Part shown: positions 1-13,800 of the stretch, one piece after another
Layout: every line of letters begins with the position of its first letter
Numbering within the stretch: position 1 is the stretch's first letter
NCBI GenBank assembly: GCA_051294905.1
Contig: CM119375.1
Location: forward strand, 7,378,001-7,442,000
Direction: 5' to 3'
DNA from: Botryllus schlosseri
Lineage: Eukaryota
DNA length: 64,000 nt
Program-made: the position numbers and the translations under genes
The notes under the pieces: model-generated
Database searches by the model: none
What the model was told of the DNA's origin: nothing
What the model saw: only the letters and a program-made list of their open reading frames with translations

Positions 1-942
1 CCTGCGATAACCTAACCGTTGACATCGCTGGCCAACCAATTTCCAACACTAAAAATGCCAAATACCTTGGTGTTTTACTGGATTCGGACATGTCCTGGAA
101 GAGTCACATACAATCACTCAAACCACGACTATCGAAGGTATGTGGTCTCTTTCGCCGCCTTAGCTACATTCTGCCAGTCAGCGTGCTGTTGATACTCTTC
201 AACTCTATATATTCCTATCAAAGTTACAATACGGAATTCTTTGTTGGGGTGCTGCCTGCAAGAATACAATTGACCCACTGCAAAAACTTCAACATCGGAT
301 CATCCGTATCATTGCCAAAGCCCCACGGGGGCCTGGATGTGCAACTGATAAATCGCTTCTCAAAAGATTTGGTGTTCTAAACTTAGAAGATATGAGGAAG
401 CTAGAAATTGCCAAGTTTATGTATTAGTTCCATTGCGGTCAATGTCCCTCAAATTTCAAGGACTACTTCACCTAGGAGACAAAAGCGCACAAGTACAGCA
501 CACGCGCGTCAACGAAGAACAACTATGATCAGGACTGAATACAAGGAAACGCATTGCTCTATCAAGTATGCCGGACCCCAATTGTGGAACAGCATCTCGC
601 CGGCTATCCGACAGTCGTCGAGGATGTCCGCATTCAAGTCGAAGTACAAGCAATTTCTTCTAAATCAATACTAGCCAGTCTTCAGGATTACCGGACCACG
701 ACCTAACATCGACCTCGCCCTCCGCCACATGCCACCCCATTTTGTCGCTTGCGTCTTATATTCTCTGCATTACTTTTCATTCAGTGTGCATGCCTCTTAT
801 TTACTTCGCCTAGGCTAAGGTGGGTGTCTGATCTTAATGGCTACTCCAAGTTGTTTCGAAACCTTCCTATCTTTTCATTGTATCGCAGTCTTGTGATGTT
901 TTGAAACGATGAAAATATTAATAAACCTGATTGATTGATTGA
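1..942 (+). mobile_element. 3' end of a degenerate L2/CR1-group LINE (RT C-terminus, 3' UTR, microsatellite tail)
   Basis: Frameshifted, stop-containing peptide KYLGVLLDSDMSWKSHI..QYGILCWG..YAGPQLWNSISPAIRQS..FKSKYKQFL* (stop 672-674) matches the C-terminus of CR1/L2 ORF2; ends AATAAA (920-925) then TGATTGATTGATTGA (928-942). Confidence 0.85.
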
Positions 943-1775
943 ACTCAACATCAACAGTCAAAACATGATGTTATCCCTTTTCGAACTGTAATCTCTTAGT
1001 GGCGCTAGAGAGCCTACAATAATATGATATAGAGATACTTCAGTACGATGAACCACTCTACTGACTTCTAATCTACGAAATACAACTTGCCAGTAATTAT
1101 GATTTATCCGTCCCTCGATACAGGTATCATTTCCCTTTGTACTACCTCTTCTATTTTATGACCACATGATTTACAGCGAACTGGCGTCTGTGCGGAAGAC
1201 GACGGTGTTGCCATATTATTGCTTCGCAAGGCAAGGATGAGATTAACAAGTACTCAGATAGCTACGAAGGCGTAGTTCAATACAAACGATATATTGTGAC
1301 GGTGCTGAAGTGAAAGAATCAACATCAACAATACAATTGAGCATGCCATGCGTTATGTAGAGGGGGGTTATTCTATCATGGGCGATGCAAGCTAAACACA
1401 AAGCGTGAGATCTCGATTTTTTCTCTTCGCCTTTTTCCTTTTCGGCGAAAGTCTCGCGAACTCGAAAGCTGCGCGATAGAACAGCACTATTATAATTTCC
1501 GGATCAGGAACATTAGTATTCTCGAAGATCTGATGCCGACCGATGTGCAGTTGTGTTATGCAGATTTCTTGTTTCTTAAAGTGGCTCATTATACCTAGAG
1601 CGAAGAAAGTCAGATAGAACGCCATTCTTATTGTTTTTCTCCTGTTTGCGTACTGATTGATATGTTTCACTAGTCAGCATATTTCTTACAAATAGTTCTG
1701 TTAAGTGCTAACCGACTGTTGATGCGACTGCGTATGAAGATTTTATAAGGAGTGTACCCGCACTGGCCTTTAAAA

Positions 1776-1842
1776 ATGGCAACTCATTTTAAGCTATGGA
1801 AATTGATATGGATATGTGTCATGCTGATAGCAACCACGATAG
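1776..1842 (+). CDS. ROR: ROR exon 1 (signal peptide)
   Basis: AAAAATGG start, MATHFKLWKLIWICVMLIATTI + G, donor AG/GTAAGT, phase 1 fits exon 2. Confidence 0.8.
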
Positions 1843-4800
1843 GTAAGTGCCTTGTCTAATGTGACTGTGGGAATCGAATCATATTAATTGTGACTGTGTA
1901 TACCACCGCGACCATTCACGCATCGTTAGCGATGCGCTCTGAAAATTGCCGGCCTAAATTCATTGCCGGCAATAAAGATTCATTTATCGCACCTTTGAAG
2001 TAATTCCATTGTTCGTAATCGTAAATGACCAGCCGCGGTCTGTTTATTGTTTGCGTACTCTGTGCGTGTTCTCCAATCTAAATTTCCCTTGATCCATGCA
2101 ACATTCGGGTGATTGCTAGATAATAGACGAAAAACTTACCGCCATATTGTAGCACTGACTGTAATGATGTGAATACGGATGTTCTTGGTGGCTTATTGGA
2201 ATGATGTATGAAACGCACATCAACTTTGAGAGCATTTAAACTCGAATTTATGGCGAGATACAGTCTAGTATTCGTGATTGTTCAATGTTCATGATACCCA
2301 TGACCTGGCCATGATTACGCCATTGAAAAAGGATTTTCTCATTGCCTGAATCGTATCAGGTCTTTGATGAATAAGTCCTTCCCTGCTCTACCGGCTGCCC
2401 CAAGTATGAATAATAGGTTCCATTTCCCGTAGCCAATCCCATTTTTATCGGCGTGTAATCACATAGCAGTAGACCGTATGTCTTCGAAATGTAACAGACG
2501 GTCACAGCGCTCTGTTTTAATCAATATTAGGGTCGTCATTATTCGCGCCGCCGTGGCGAAAGTTCCATTGTTGCCCAACAATAGTAATAGCGAGCGAAAG
2601 TTTTTCGCGGAGGTCAGATAGGTCACTGAAGGCAAATTAGTCTGCGCGCTATCTGGGAATGCAAACTGCTTAATGAAATGAATAACAAGCAGTGAAATCT
2701 CGTTGGTTGTCGATTGAATCACAGATCATTGAGCACATGCATGAATTACAAACTTTTTAAATGGGGTAATTTATTTGCGAACCACATGCGCATTCTGATT
2801 CCGCATCAGTTCACCTAGGGCGAAAACACGGTCACAAAAGCCCAGACATTGCGGAGATGGAACTTATTTTCCTCGTTCTTTATCTTTCGGCATCTTCAAA
2901 TGGTTTGCCATGGTGGATCAATATCATTGTATTTCACTCCTACCAATGAATTAGCATGAGCAAAACGTTTGGTCATACCTTTACTGAACTAATTACATGT
3001 ATGTGACACTGTGTATGCCATTTGTTTATAACCGTTCGGTGGTGATCTTGGCGCCCGTAGCACGATCGTAATCTATAAAGTAATGCGCTGCTTCATTCAC
3101 GCCGTACATGGCATTCTAAGTTAGCGATCCTGTTTCCCATACCGAGGTTTGGTTGGTTTATCAGCGATTCGTCAGGCGATAGCTTCATGTAGTAGCGTGC
3201 CTCGACGGAATTGCAATCGTATATCGTGAATTCTGATCGCACCGGAAATTCGTGATACCGCGCAGACACTTATCTCCTCGGGTCTTATTTTAATGGTTGT
3301 GGAACCGTGTTGAAAACGTATCAATTTCAACGTTAGATTTTGATACTCCCGATTCCTCTGGTGGTATCACGATTTACATATACCTCGGGCGCGTTTTTAT
3401 TGAAATGACTCTGATTCGGGAGTGTATCCAGCGTTGAAGATGGCGCAACAATTTCAGCAATGCATTCAAATCGCTGCTGCAGATAAATCCACAATGTCCG
3501 AGAATGCGTAAATCTGCCTTAAAAGCTTGTATTCGACTTCACTTGAAATCTGGGAATAATATGGTTTGCATTCAATCCTACAGTACAAATATCTCTACAG
3601 GGTTGGGAGTGTTGCTAAGTTTTCTAGGAAATTCGTGTTAGTCTCCGGCATTGTTTTGCGGACAGTAAATTCAACGAATTCCTGTTGTAAAATTGTTTTC
3701 CCGAGCGCAAGAGGTCAAATACGTATGCTATCTTTATTGCCCGATACTCTTAAATCTCCGAAATAGCTGTTTTCAGCGTTTCGTCTCCTCGTAGGATCAC
3801 ATCGGTGCATGAATTGGTCATATGGAACGAACCGTGAAATCTTGCGACTTCTTGGCCGTGATTACTAACGTGATACTGATTGATCAGTATGATCACTATC
3901 AGTTAGCTACAATAAAATCGAATGCATTATTGCCCAACGCAAGATGAATAGGATATTCTCGAGTTATCCCGCAAGGACAGTATTCGCTTTTACCTTGAGA
4001 AACAAACACCGCACAGTGCTGAAACAAATTCTTCATGAAATTGGCGGTATGCGGTACGAACAATGAACATGCGTATTGTGTATTGCCACGATTAGCGCCT
4101 AACCAATTTACTAGCTTGGCTTTAGCGCAATAGCCACGCGCACGTTGATGACGGATTAGTCGGCAGGCCGTGGCAATTTCGCCAAACTTTGATGTGACAT
4201 AAGTGCAAATTTCAGTACGTCCAGCCAGTCTATAATGCGTATGTGAATGACGCCGATATTGTAGGTTCAGTATAGCTGCCGTGCCGAGATTGTTGCAGTC
4301 GTTAACACATGCGCCGCGGCACGCATGGGTTCTACTTTCACGGCGGATATCACGCTTATAGTAGCCAAGTATATGTAGGTAAAAGGTATACATCTCGCCG
4401 TAGATGTATTTCTTTAAACATTACTTGGAAAGGTCGCGACTTGGGGTACAGTAAAGTATTCCGACATTTGAGATTTACCAATTATCAACTTTTTTCACAA
4501 TTTCAACTCATTCGATTCAATTCATATTTCACCTTTGCATATGCCAGCAAAACGATGACGATTTGATGGACAGAAATATGCGTGTATCGTCCCAATTGGT
4601 AGTATATCCAACACTAACCGGAGATGAGCGAATTTATTAATTTCAAATCCGATTCCGGAATTACGATACGAATCCAAGTACCAATTCGGTGATGACTGAA
4701 ACTGACGACTGAGATCGTACGAAAGTTGGGAATTATCAAACACTCCATATTGAAATACAAATCAAATTCGTACTCAGAAACTTCGTTGGTACGAATCCAA

Positions 4801-7800
4801 TCAAAACTCGACCAAAATCTTCACATTCGTCGAGTCCATGCTCATTGCTCATCTCTGATACTGTTCAAGATGCCATCACCGCACTGCTGCCATACCCAAC
4901 TGCTTATATTTGCGGAGCATGATTTCCCTGTCTTCTCAAAAGATAGTTATTTACCCATGATTAGTCTAACATACTTTTCCTCATTGTAGATTGGGTGCTA
5001 GAACTGGTTAGTCATGTAATAGGGGTGCGAACAGGGAAAAATGAGGAACCACTGCTCTATAGATATCAAATGCATTGTAGGTATTTTCGTAGCGACTATG
5101 AACGATGTTGTGAAAGCGATAGCAGCAAACCACCTCATCTGTTATCCTACCTGACAGATATGTTGAAAGTATTTTTGCAGGGTCTATTTCTATTTTGTTG
5201 TTTTTGGAGATACATACCTTGGAGCATTGAAAGTGTCCTCTTCACTTTTACGCCTCAGGATATATAATAGTAGTAGTAGTATACAGTATCGTAGTGACGT
5301 AGGGAAATACTCAAACACATATCTTGCACTGTACGTTGTATAATTTACATATAGGTTGTGTATATATGTATGAATCTGAGATTGTGAGTGAGTAAACAAT
5401 TTAAATAGTACTATATTTTCTATGTATTTTCGCATATATTGTCCGAAAAATTCATCTAGTAAGCAATGAAATTAGCTCAACCCCCATTATTTCCCTAACC
5501 AAACCTATGATACAAAAGTGTGATTAATATACGATGAACATCTTGAAAAGATACACAAGCTCCCGGTGCTGGTTCACAATGCTGCCGTTGGTTGAGTCAT
5601 GTAATGTCGGCACTGATCGGGCTTGATTTACTGTCCTTTAGTGCCGGTGTTATGCTCGGATTTCGGCTGTATTCTCAGCTTTCAATCTTGGCGACAGGCT
5701 AGTCATAGTGGCATAAATCTCTCCAGCATTACATTTGATCAAAGGTATCCTGATCGTGATTCGCGTCGCAATACAAATATCACGAAATGGCATGTTCAAA
5801 CAATAGGAAATTGCTTTTTAAATCATAATTTTCGTTACCATCCCATTCATCAATTCGTCTACTATAACTTACGAGAATCTTTCACACAGATAGTGAAATA
5901 GGGCCTTCAGTCAACGTGTTATTTGCGATGCGTCAACACGCCTGATAGTGTTCGTTCAAAACTAGGGCTCGGCTACCGATGAGTTTTGATGTGGTTCTTT
6001 CCGCAAATGGATTTTGTCAAGATATTTGACGTATCCGTGCGGTGTATATATTATTGCACGCGCCGCAAGCAGCTTCCCAAGCCGTCCTTCTCGCTGTAAT
6101 AAAGTCCAGTTTATACTGTCATGATCGTCTTACTAACACGCGATACTGAGCATGAGCAATGAGCATTAGTATTCTACGTTGGTTTGATACCCTGGTGACC
6201 CAGTAGGCTCACAGCAGTTTGTCTTGATGTATCGAAATGGCCGTTTCTCCTATTAAATTCCAGATTCTGAATTTATGCTACGTCATCGAGTTTGAAGTCG
6301 TGAAGCTTGAATTTCTTTGTCTCGCAACGAACTTTTGATACCTCCCTATTTTCCTTATAGGATTTACAGTAGATAATTAGGCTAATAGCTTTCAAAATGT
6401 ACCTGCCCCCGTTGGCTGTTTAGGTATTCAATGGTGTGTATGGGCGGTTGCAGTTTCAGTCTTCTATCTTTGTCCTGTGGAAAGATCAGCTGAACCTTGA
6501 ATGACTCGCATTGATTATTATGTATATGACACCATGTCCATCAACTTGACCACAGGCTTCTACTCCCATTCGAACCAATTACAATGTTTTTTATACGAGT
6601 TCAATTGACAGTGAAAGATCTCGGCGAACTCTCGACACATGTATATCACTGCAATTTCGCCGTTTTCTCAGGGCCTCGAATCTTCTCGCAGCGAGGACAT
6701 TTTTAATTGGGCAATGCAAATATCAGATTTGGGCTGTGTAATACAATTAGCTATTTGGCAATCGGGCGACTGAGTCTGCGTGGCGCTGTACGTTTTCGTC
6801 CGCTATGCTGTTTGGACGACCACACGTATTCGATTTTACAGCGGATAAGAACATACCTGCCACGGCCGCGTTGATTTATATCGAATCTTCTGTTAGATGT
6901 GCGTAACGATTACGATCGTAAATAATTATTCTTTCGACGAATCGAATCTCTATCTTCCTCAAATGGTGTTCGTCTATGTATAAATCAGCTCGCTGCGTCT
7001 TAACTTTTCAAACACAAATTACGTTATCATATTTACTTGGTGAATAATAATAAAAGTGACTGAAAGCAAACATTGGACGCGTTAGAATACGAATATGGAA
7101 CTTGTCGCAAAGGATGGATTGTAAAATTTGAAAGGACATGGGGGACTTGGTCAGTTAATATTGTATTTTGTGATGCCGCCACACCGCAAACGAATATGGA
7201 TCTATCTTCACGACCCACAAACTGAAGCAATAGATATGCTGTTTTGTACCCATGAACAATTCTGACTGAACCGACGTACCGAACGTGGTAGTAAACACGT
7301 ATCAAATTGTGCCGTTACTCTGTAGTTTCTAGTAGCGACCGAGATCACTACCATGAATGATATTGAGTGACTCTCTGTCGTTCTTAGCATCTTTCCCGTG
7401 TTATCCCGTGATCTATTGACTCCTTCAACAACTCTGTCGCAAGGGCGCTCTAATTTTTCTGAAAAGGCTATCTAGATTCTTTTCTTCTATATTGCTTTGA
7501 CCCGAGATGTAATCTAGCGCACTTCGACTAAGATGCTGCGGTAATTATTCGATTAAATATCTCGATATCTGCCCTCTGCCTTGTAACTCCGACTTTGATA
7601 AGTGGATCCCGCAGTTAGATCATGGTAAAACTATAGTCGCTGAAATGCCTTGTGTTGAATGTTGACGTATACCTTGAGACGTACGTGAAATATTGATTCT
7701 CGATTCTGGTTGAGAGTACATACTAATTCCAAAATATATTCACATTGAAATAAACCCGAATATTTTCGCTTGACACTTGGTTGGGGTAATCGTCAGCACT

Positions 7801-10800
7801 TATAATAGAGAATTGGAAATAATTATGCACATCAACAATCCTATCAATAATTGTTGATATACAGTGTTTTTTTCACTTCTCTACTAGTTGCCGACGATTA
7901 CCCCTGACGAGTGCAGTTTTAGGCAATTGGAAAGAACATTGTACTACTAGTTACTGACTATTAAGCTACCGGTACCGCTGACGAGTGTCGGCGGGCAATA
8001 TCCGGGTTTATTTCAATATGAATTTATTAATCGTATATTGAAGTTCTGTTACTCTGAGAATCTCATAAAATCAAAAAGGTCATTTTGTATGCGTCGTCAT
8101 GTACGGAATCAGCCAAACCGATTGCGACGGTGTCCGGTCAATACCGAGAAAACCATTACCGAGAATGGACACCACATAGAATGGTCATTACCGAGAATGC
8201 AATGTATGCAATGCAGGCATGTTATGCACATGTACAGGTCGTGTGTATGTGCATCACGGCTTTGCCACATTCAGTATCGATTCTCAGATATAAATTTTTC
8301 GACAACGTCGTCTCAGTAAGTTAGATTCTTGTCATTGGCCATTCTCGGTAAGGTCCATTCTCGGTGGTGACCATTCTCTGTAATGTCCAGTCTCGGTAAT
8401 GCTTTTCTGGGTATTGGTATAGAACCAATTGTAACATGCCAGAAAACAGCATTCCCAAAACCGAATTCACAATCATTGGCTTACTGCGAAGGACTAGAAA
8501 TTGCTGGATTTCCAATTCGAACACAGAATCGTGACGCCACACCGTTGCTGTGGCGACCAACTCCCAAATGCTTGTCTTCACGCCTTGTTCACCGTAATTG
8601 CAGCACTCGCAGCGCGACTTTGTTCGTCCGCTTGAACTTAATCGAAATTGGAACCGGCGACAGATATCAATTTTCCGGAGATAGACATCCAGCCAAACCG
8701 ATACCAGCGCTCGAAGCAATTTGTACCTCGCGGCTCGCGGGAAAGTGGTTCTGTTTCGTCAAGGCGGTGTTTCATTACCTTAATTTAGCGCTGAACATCA
8801 CCTGCGATACTCCACAGCGGGTCGCCGTCGTATGTAATCAGGTGCCCGTCAAGGCAGCGCTACACGGAACACTCGTACGCGGACTTTGATAAATGGGATT
8901 TCGCTGTGTGCTTTCGCGACCGAACAATGTACAGTGTATTAAAAGCAACTCTATATACTTGAATATTTGACGGCTGGCAAATTCATTTGGTCTCGGCGAA
9001 AGATGTCCTCCCGACCTTTGAGTTAATGAAAGGCAAATTACTATATGATCAATGTGACGCGACGCATGTATGAGTAGAGACCAGCACCAGACCATTATAA
9101 CTACAATAATTTCAGATTTTTTAATTAGACTTGAATTAGAATTATATCAACACATTCTTTTGCAAATTAGATTGAAATTAGAATTATAGCTACATAGTTT
9201 TTTTTTAATTAAATTAGAATTGGAATTACTGAATTCGCAAAAACATGTACATTGAATCATATATATCATAGTTCGATCTCATTAGCATGAGAATAGCAAA
9301 TTTCTGTACGGCAAGCATCCATCGTTAGGCACCATACAGTTCTGCTGCAGCATTTACAGGAAAAGCAGGAGTTCGACTAGAATTAAAATTAATGCATAGA
9401 AACATTTCGCAACTTACATTAGAATTAGAGCAAAGAGCTGAAGAAAAAGTTCACAAATTAGATTACCCGTACTTCGAGTTAATTATTCTAATTAGGGAGC
9501 TAGTATTATCTAATCAAACTACGCGTTGTAAGCCGATTCTCAGTTTTTCGCGGCTTGAATTCAAACGGTGAAATTTACAACATAGTTGACTAATAATCCG
9601 TTGAATTCACATCGCAAACTCGGTGTCAAATGCGACGAAGACTATCAACACCGTTGGCCGACTTCACATACTGGTGCCATCTTCCCGAAACTATACCCTG
9701 GTGTTGCGCAGAACGTTTTTTGTACTAAATAGTCCGTAGCGTTGAGTCACTGGTGGCCGGTTACTAATACTTGTGGAGTATGTACTAGCGGAGATAATGA
9801 CTTCGAAAGATCAGTCCGCGGGTCTATTATCTCATAATGCTCCCGTGGGTATCAAACGGGGTTCCACGACATGGTTATCCTTCCGCGTTTGACCAGTGAC
9901 ACCCATCCTTATTTCTCAAATTGTTACGAATAACTTGAACTCTTTTTAGGTAAGAGTGCATCAGTCGACATCGATGTCACCACCGCATCCAGCAAGACCG
10001 ACGACGATTACGGGTAAGTTAAACATGTTACGAGAATTCTATTTAATCTCCAGTCAATTGTAATATCCTTATGCCAATAAGCTCAAGGGCTTGTAAAGAA
10101 AACGCTAAGCTTACGGGCTTGGCGTTATGCCCCTTTATCCCCTCGAAATATGCCCGGTGCGAGTTAAACAAATCTCGTCCACCGCACACGAATATGCCTA
10201 CCACTTTCAGCTAAGCCCTCAAATATTTTTCTAGAATGCTGGTCGTAATCCCTTTGTAATTGAGTCATGGCTAGTTTACTTTTTGAAAATGCTTGTACGG
10301 CCTGTCGTTACGGTTATTTATCGGACAATGCGACGGCTCAGAGTGTAGCGTAAGCCTCTCCAACATTAGCGGGATTCTGATTTGAAAATACACCACTGGT
10401 AATAGTGGTGAATCATCGACACTTTCATCGACTTATGGCACTGTAGTTCTATAGAAGTCCCCCTGCGGAGCGGATTTGTGATTTGATGCCACAAATTTTC
10501 GCTAGGCACCACGGTTGTTGGAGGGGACCGGGACACAGGCGAACACCATCAAAATTCGGCCAGGTGCAGACCCATCCTATCGTTGAGTGTTCTGTCCTGT
10601 CGTATAATATGTATAGCCTATTTGTTTCGAGGCGTGCAAGGACTTAGAATGTTCATTATCCGTCCATGCTACACCTTCTGCTGCTATAAGCGGCCCGAAT
10701 GGCAGTATGGTATAAAACGGTATCTTCACGATCAAGGAACACTCAACTGATCATATTATTCATGTGTATGTTGCGCGATATGATAGTATTCCCATGAAAG

Positions 10801-13800
10801 AGCAACAAGGTGGTTCAACTTCCCACTTTTTGTCGGGACTTAACAGTAGGAACATAAAACTTGAACAGTTGTCATTGGCCTCCTGTAAGACCATACAACG
10901 AAGACAGGCCCGTGTGATTTTCACGGCCTCGCGTATCGTGATCAGAGCCCGACCGATATTGGATTTCTGAGCCGATACCGATAAGGCCGATATCCAGTAC
11001 CTCCACCGATAACTTCGATATATTCAGCCGATATTCAAAATATATGGAATCTAGCTCAAGGCACATATTTAACACCTCAGAGCATTTTTTTCAACAATTT
11101 TACAGCCATTGATATGTTTGAACGTGAAATAAATGATCTAGGGGCTATAAAAATTTATCAAAAGCACCAATCCAGCAGTTGCAGATTACAGTTCACGAAG
11201 CACAATTTCTCGGCTCTTTCTCCAAGGAGTGAACTTCTGTGGTGGTCTTTCATAAATGATGTATATAGTACTAAACACAGTGAGTAGTCTTTCACTTGGT
11301 ACCATAGCTAGTGGCACAACAAGAATTGGAAATCTTTCTTCATTTCGGTTCCACTGCTCCCTTGCATGGGATCTTTCCTTCAATGGTTTCACGAAATATT
11401 GATATTCTTCTGGCAGTGCACCTGGAGCCTTCAGCACATCATTAACAAATAGCTGAAGAGAATGTTGAAAACAACTCAAATTGTCCATGTCTGCAAATGC
11501 TCCACCCATCATCCTTGGGCGGTTGGGCCTTGACCATGACCAGCATTTCAACAATCAATTGATCAATATTTTACTCTCTTTTGTCAGAATTGGCCAATGT
11601 CATCATGGAATCAAAAATTTTCGTATCTATTATTGGCTTCACTCCACCTTTGCTTGATTTTCTTGCCCTCTATGCTCGCATATTTCCTATCATGGTGGCC
11701 CCGCCGGCCTCAATCAGGCGACTTCATACACAGTATGATTAGCTCTGTTGGTACCGAACCAATAGCACTATCTTCAGAGAAACGTTTCGGCGCGACGCTT
11801 TTCCCTGTCATCACGAGGGTCAGTCCAGCATGATTGAAGTTGTCATTTCTCTTACTGATTGAAATCTTCTGCAGACAACTATCCATCCAGCTGATCTCTG
11901 TCTTTGGTGATCGATTATTGCAGGGGATTCCCACGAAGTCAGTGGGGCATAACGGTGATTAGTTATCTACAATATTTTTCAGATAGGCACGCCTACTGCC
12001 CTGTATGCATTATGCACTATATGCAGCTTGGCCATTCATTTTTATAATTTACTGTCCTCACGTCTTCTATCGACTTCTCCGTCTCCCTGCCACCATGTTG
12101 TGACGTCACGAAAATGACCGATATTTTTTTACCTTCAATGGCCGATACCGATATTTCTCTCCAAGCGTGATATCGACTCGATATTATCGGCGAGCCGATA
12201 ATCGGTCGGGCTCTAATCGTGATAGTGCGGTCGAGAGCACTAAGTTCGAGACGCTGTAACAACTGGTTTATGCATGACACAGGCTTGAAACTGAAACCGC
12301 GTCGGCGAAGCAATTTACACTGAATTTCAGATCAAAGCTTCCATCGTACCCGCCAATTTTGTCGCATATCTGTTTATAACATCAAATTGCCACGGCCGAA
12401 CCGATGTATAGAGCAGTGGTTCTCAACCTTTTTTTTCAGTTTGCGGGTCGGTAAAATTTTGAAACTGATTTTGCGGACCGGTGGGGTGAACCATCAGAAA
12501 TCAGAATTAATCCAGAATTTATCTATGACAAATGTATGAAATATGAATCTCGAAGTAAATGCTGCACTGCGGGGACTGGACTGCGGGACTGCGGGGACTG
12601 ATGAGAAATTTACTGCTGTCCTTTTGATATTACGCCTGTTATAATGGTTGTTCGGATTATTTTGGTTGCTCTGACTTGCTGTTTGCTAGCCCCTGTTATG
12701 CTGCCTAATCTCGTCAACCTTCCGTATTGTGACGTACGCCAAGTCCAAAGTAGATCATGAACTCTATATTGTATTGCGACATCGCGAAGAAAAATACATT
12801 ACAAATTTCTAAAACAGTTTCAAATTTTATGTTTCCCTTATTAATGGACAAGCGTCAAACTTCCTTCATTTTGCAATTGAGGCACGAAATTGTAATACAT
12901 TTATTCGTACTTGCACAGACCGCTGAGAACCACTGATCTAGAACATGTGCGACTCGTTCGTGTGACGAAACGTAACTATGGGCCTCTTATGACATTTCGA
13001 AATCATGTACCATATGTTATACATTCTTTCACTTAAGCGAAACTCAAGTATTTAGGTATACATACTTGAAATGTGCATATTCTCTTAGCGTCATAAATTC
13101 TAACATTCTTGCAGTAAATTATCGTGGGAATTTTCATCGAGCGCCAATCGCAGTATGACCTGGGTCAGATAGATGAATTATGAATGCCATATTTCTTTTC
13201 TATTTAACGATAAACACCTTCATTACAAAGCCTTGCATCGAGGTGTATGTGAAGATATGCCCTGTTTCAACTGTGCGCGTTGGGGTCAAGTGCAGAGGTT
13301 GCCAAAACCTGTCTGCATAACGAGAGTTAGTCGCGTAGCGTACCCTTCGCGTCGTAGCGGGGCCGGAAATCGTATCGTACTTGGGTAATGTTTCTATGGT
13401 CTTCGTGTGGGCTCTGTAAAGGGCGCGGGTTCAAGTTACCGGAGCGTTGCGGGGTTATTTGGTAAACGTACACGGATCCCTATGTTGTCGTTAAAAGGCC
13501 CAGGCTTGAACGTATCGTATGTGCCTGGTGTGAAGTTTTATTGACGCAAATTCTTCCTTCAATAAGTTTTCAAGTCCTTGAAGCCTTTGAACATAAGTCA
13601 CAGTACTATACCACAACTTGCGACTTTAAAAACTCACGTACAACAAAACTCAGCAGATTTCATTTGTACAACTTTTGTTCCAGGGATATATAGAACTCTA
13701 TATATCTCTGTTTTGTTCGTACGGCTTTTGAGATTTAACGCATATGTGTTTCTGTTTCAGTGACTCGGATTTGGCAGACGGTAAGTGTTGGTTATCTTGT

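Noticed and set aside
3899-4393. 164-aa - strand ORF
   Set aside because: No recognisable motif, no splice-compatible context; within ROR intron 1, treated as a chance ORF
6900-7700. Possible degraded RT fragment on the - strand
   Set aside because: Only a faint resemblance; no diagnostic RT motif could be read
8383-8889. 168-aa + strand ORF
   Set aside because: Starts inside a foldback repeat, no domain similarity, not needed for ROR phase continuity
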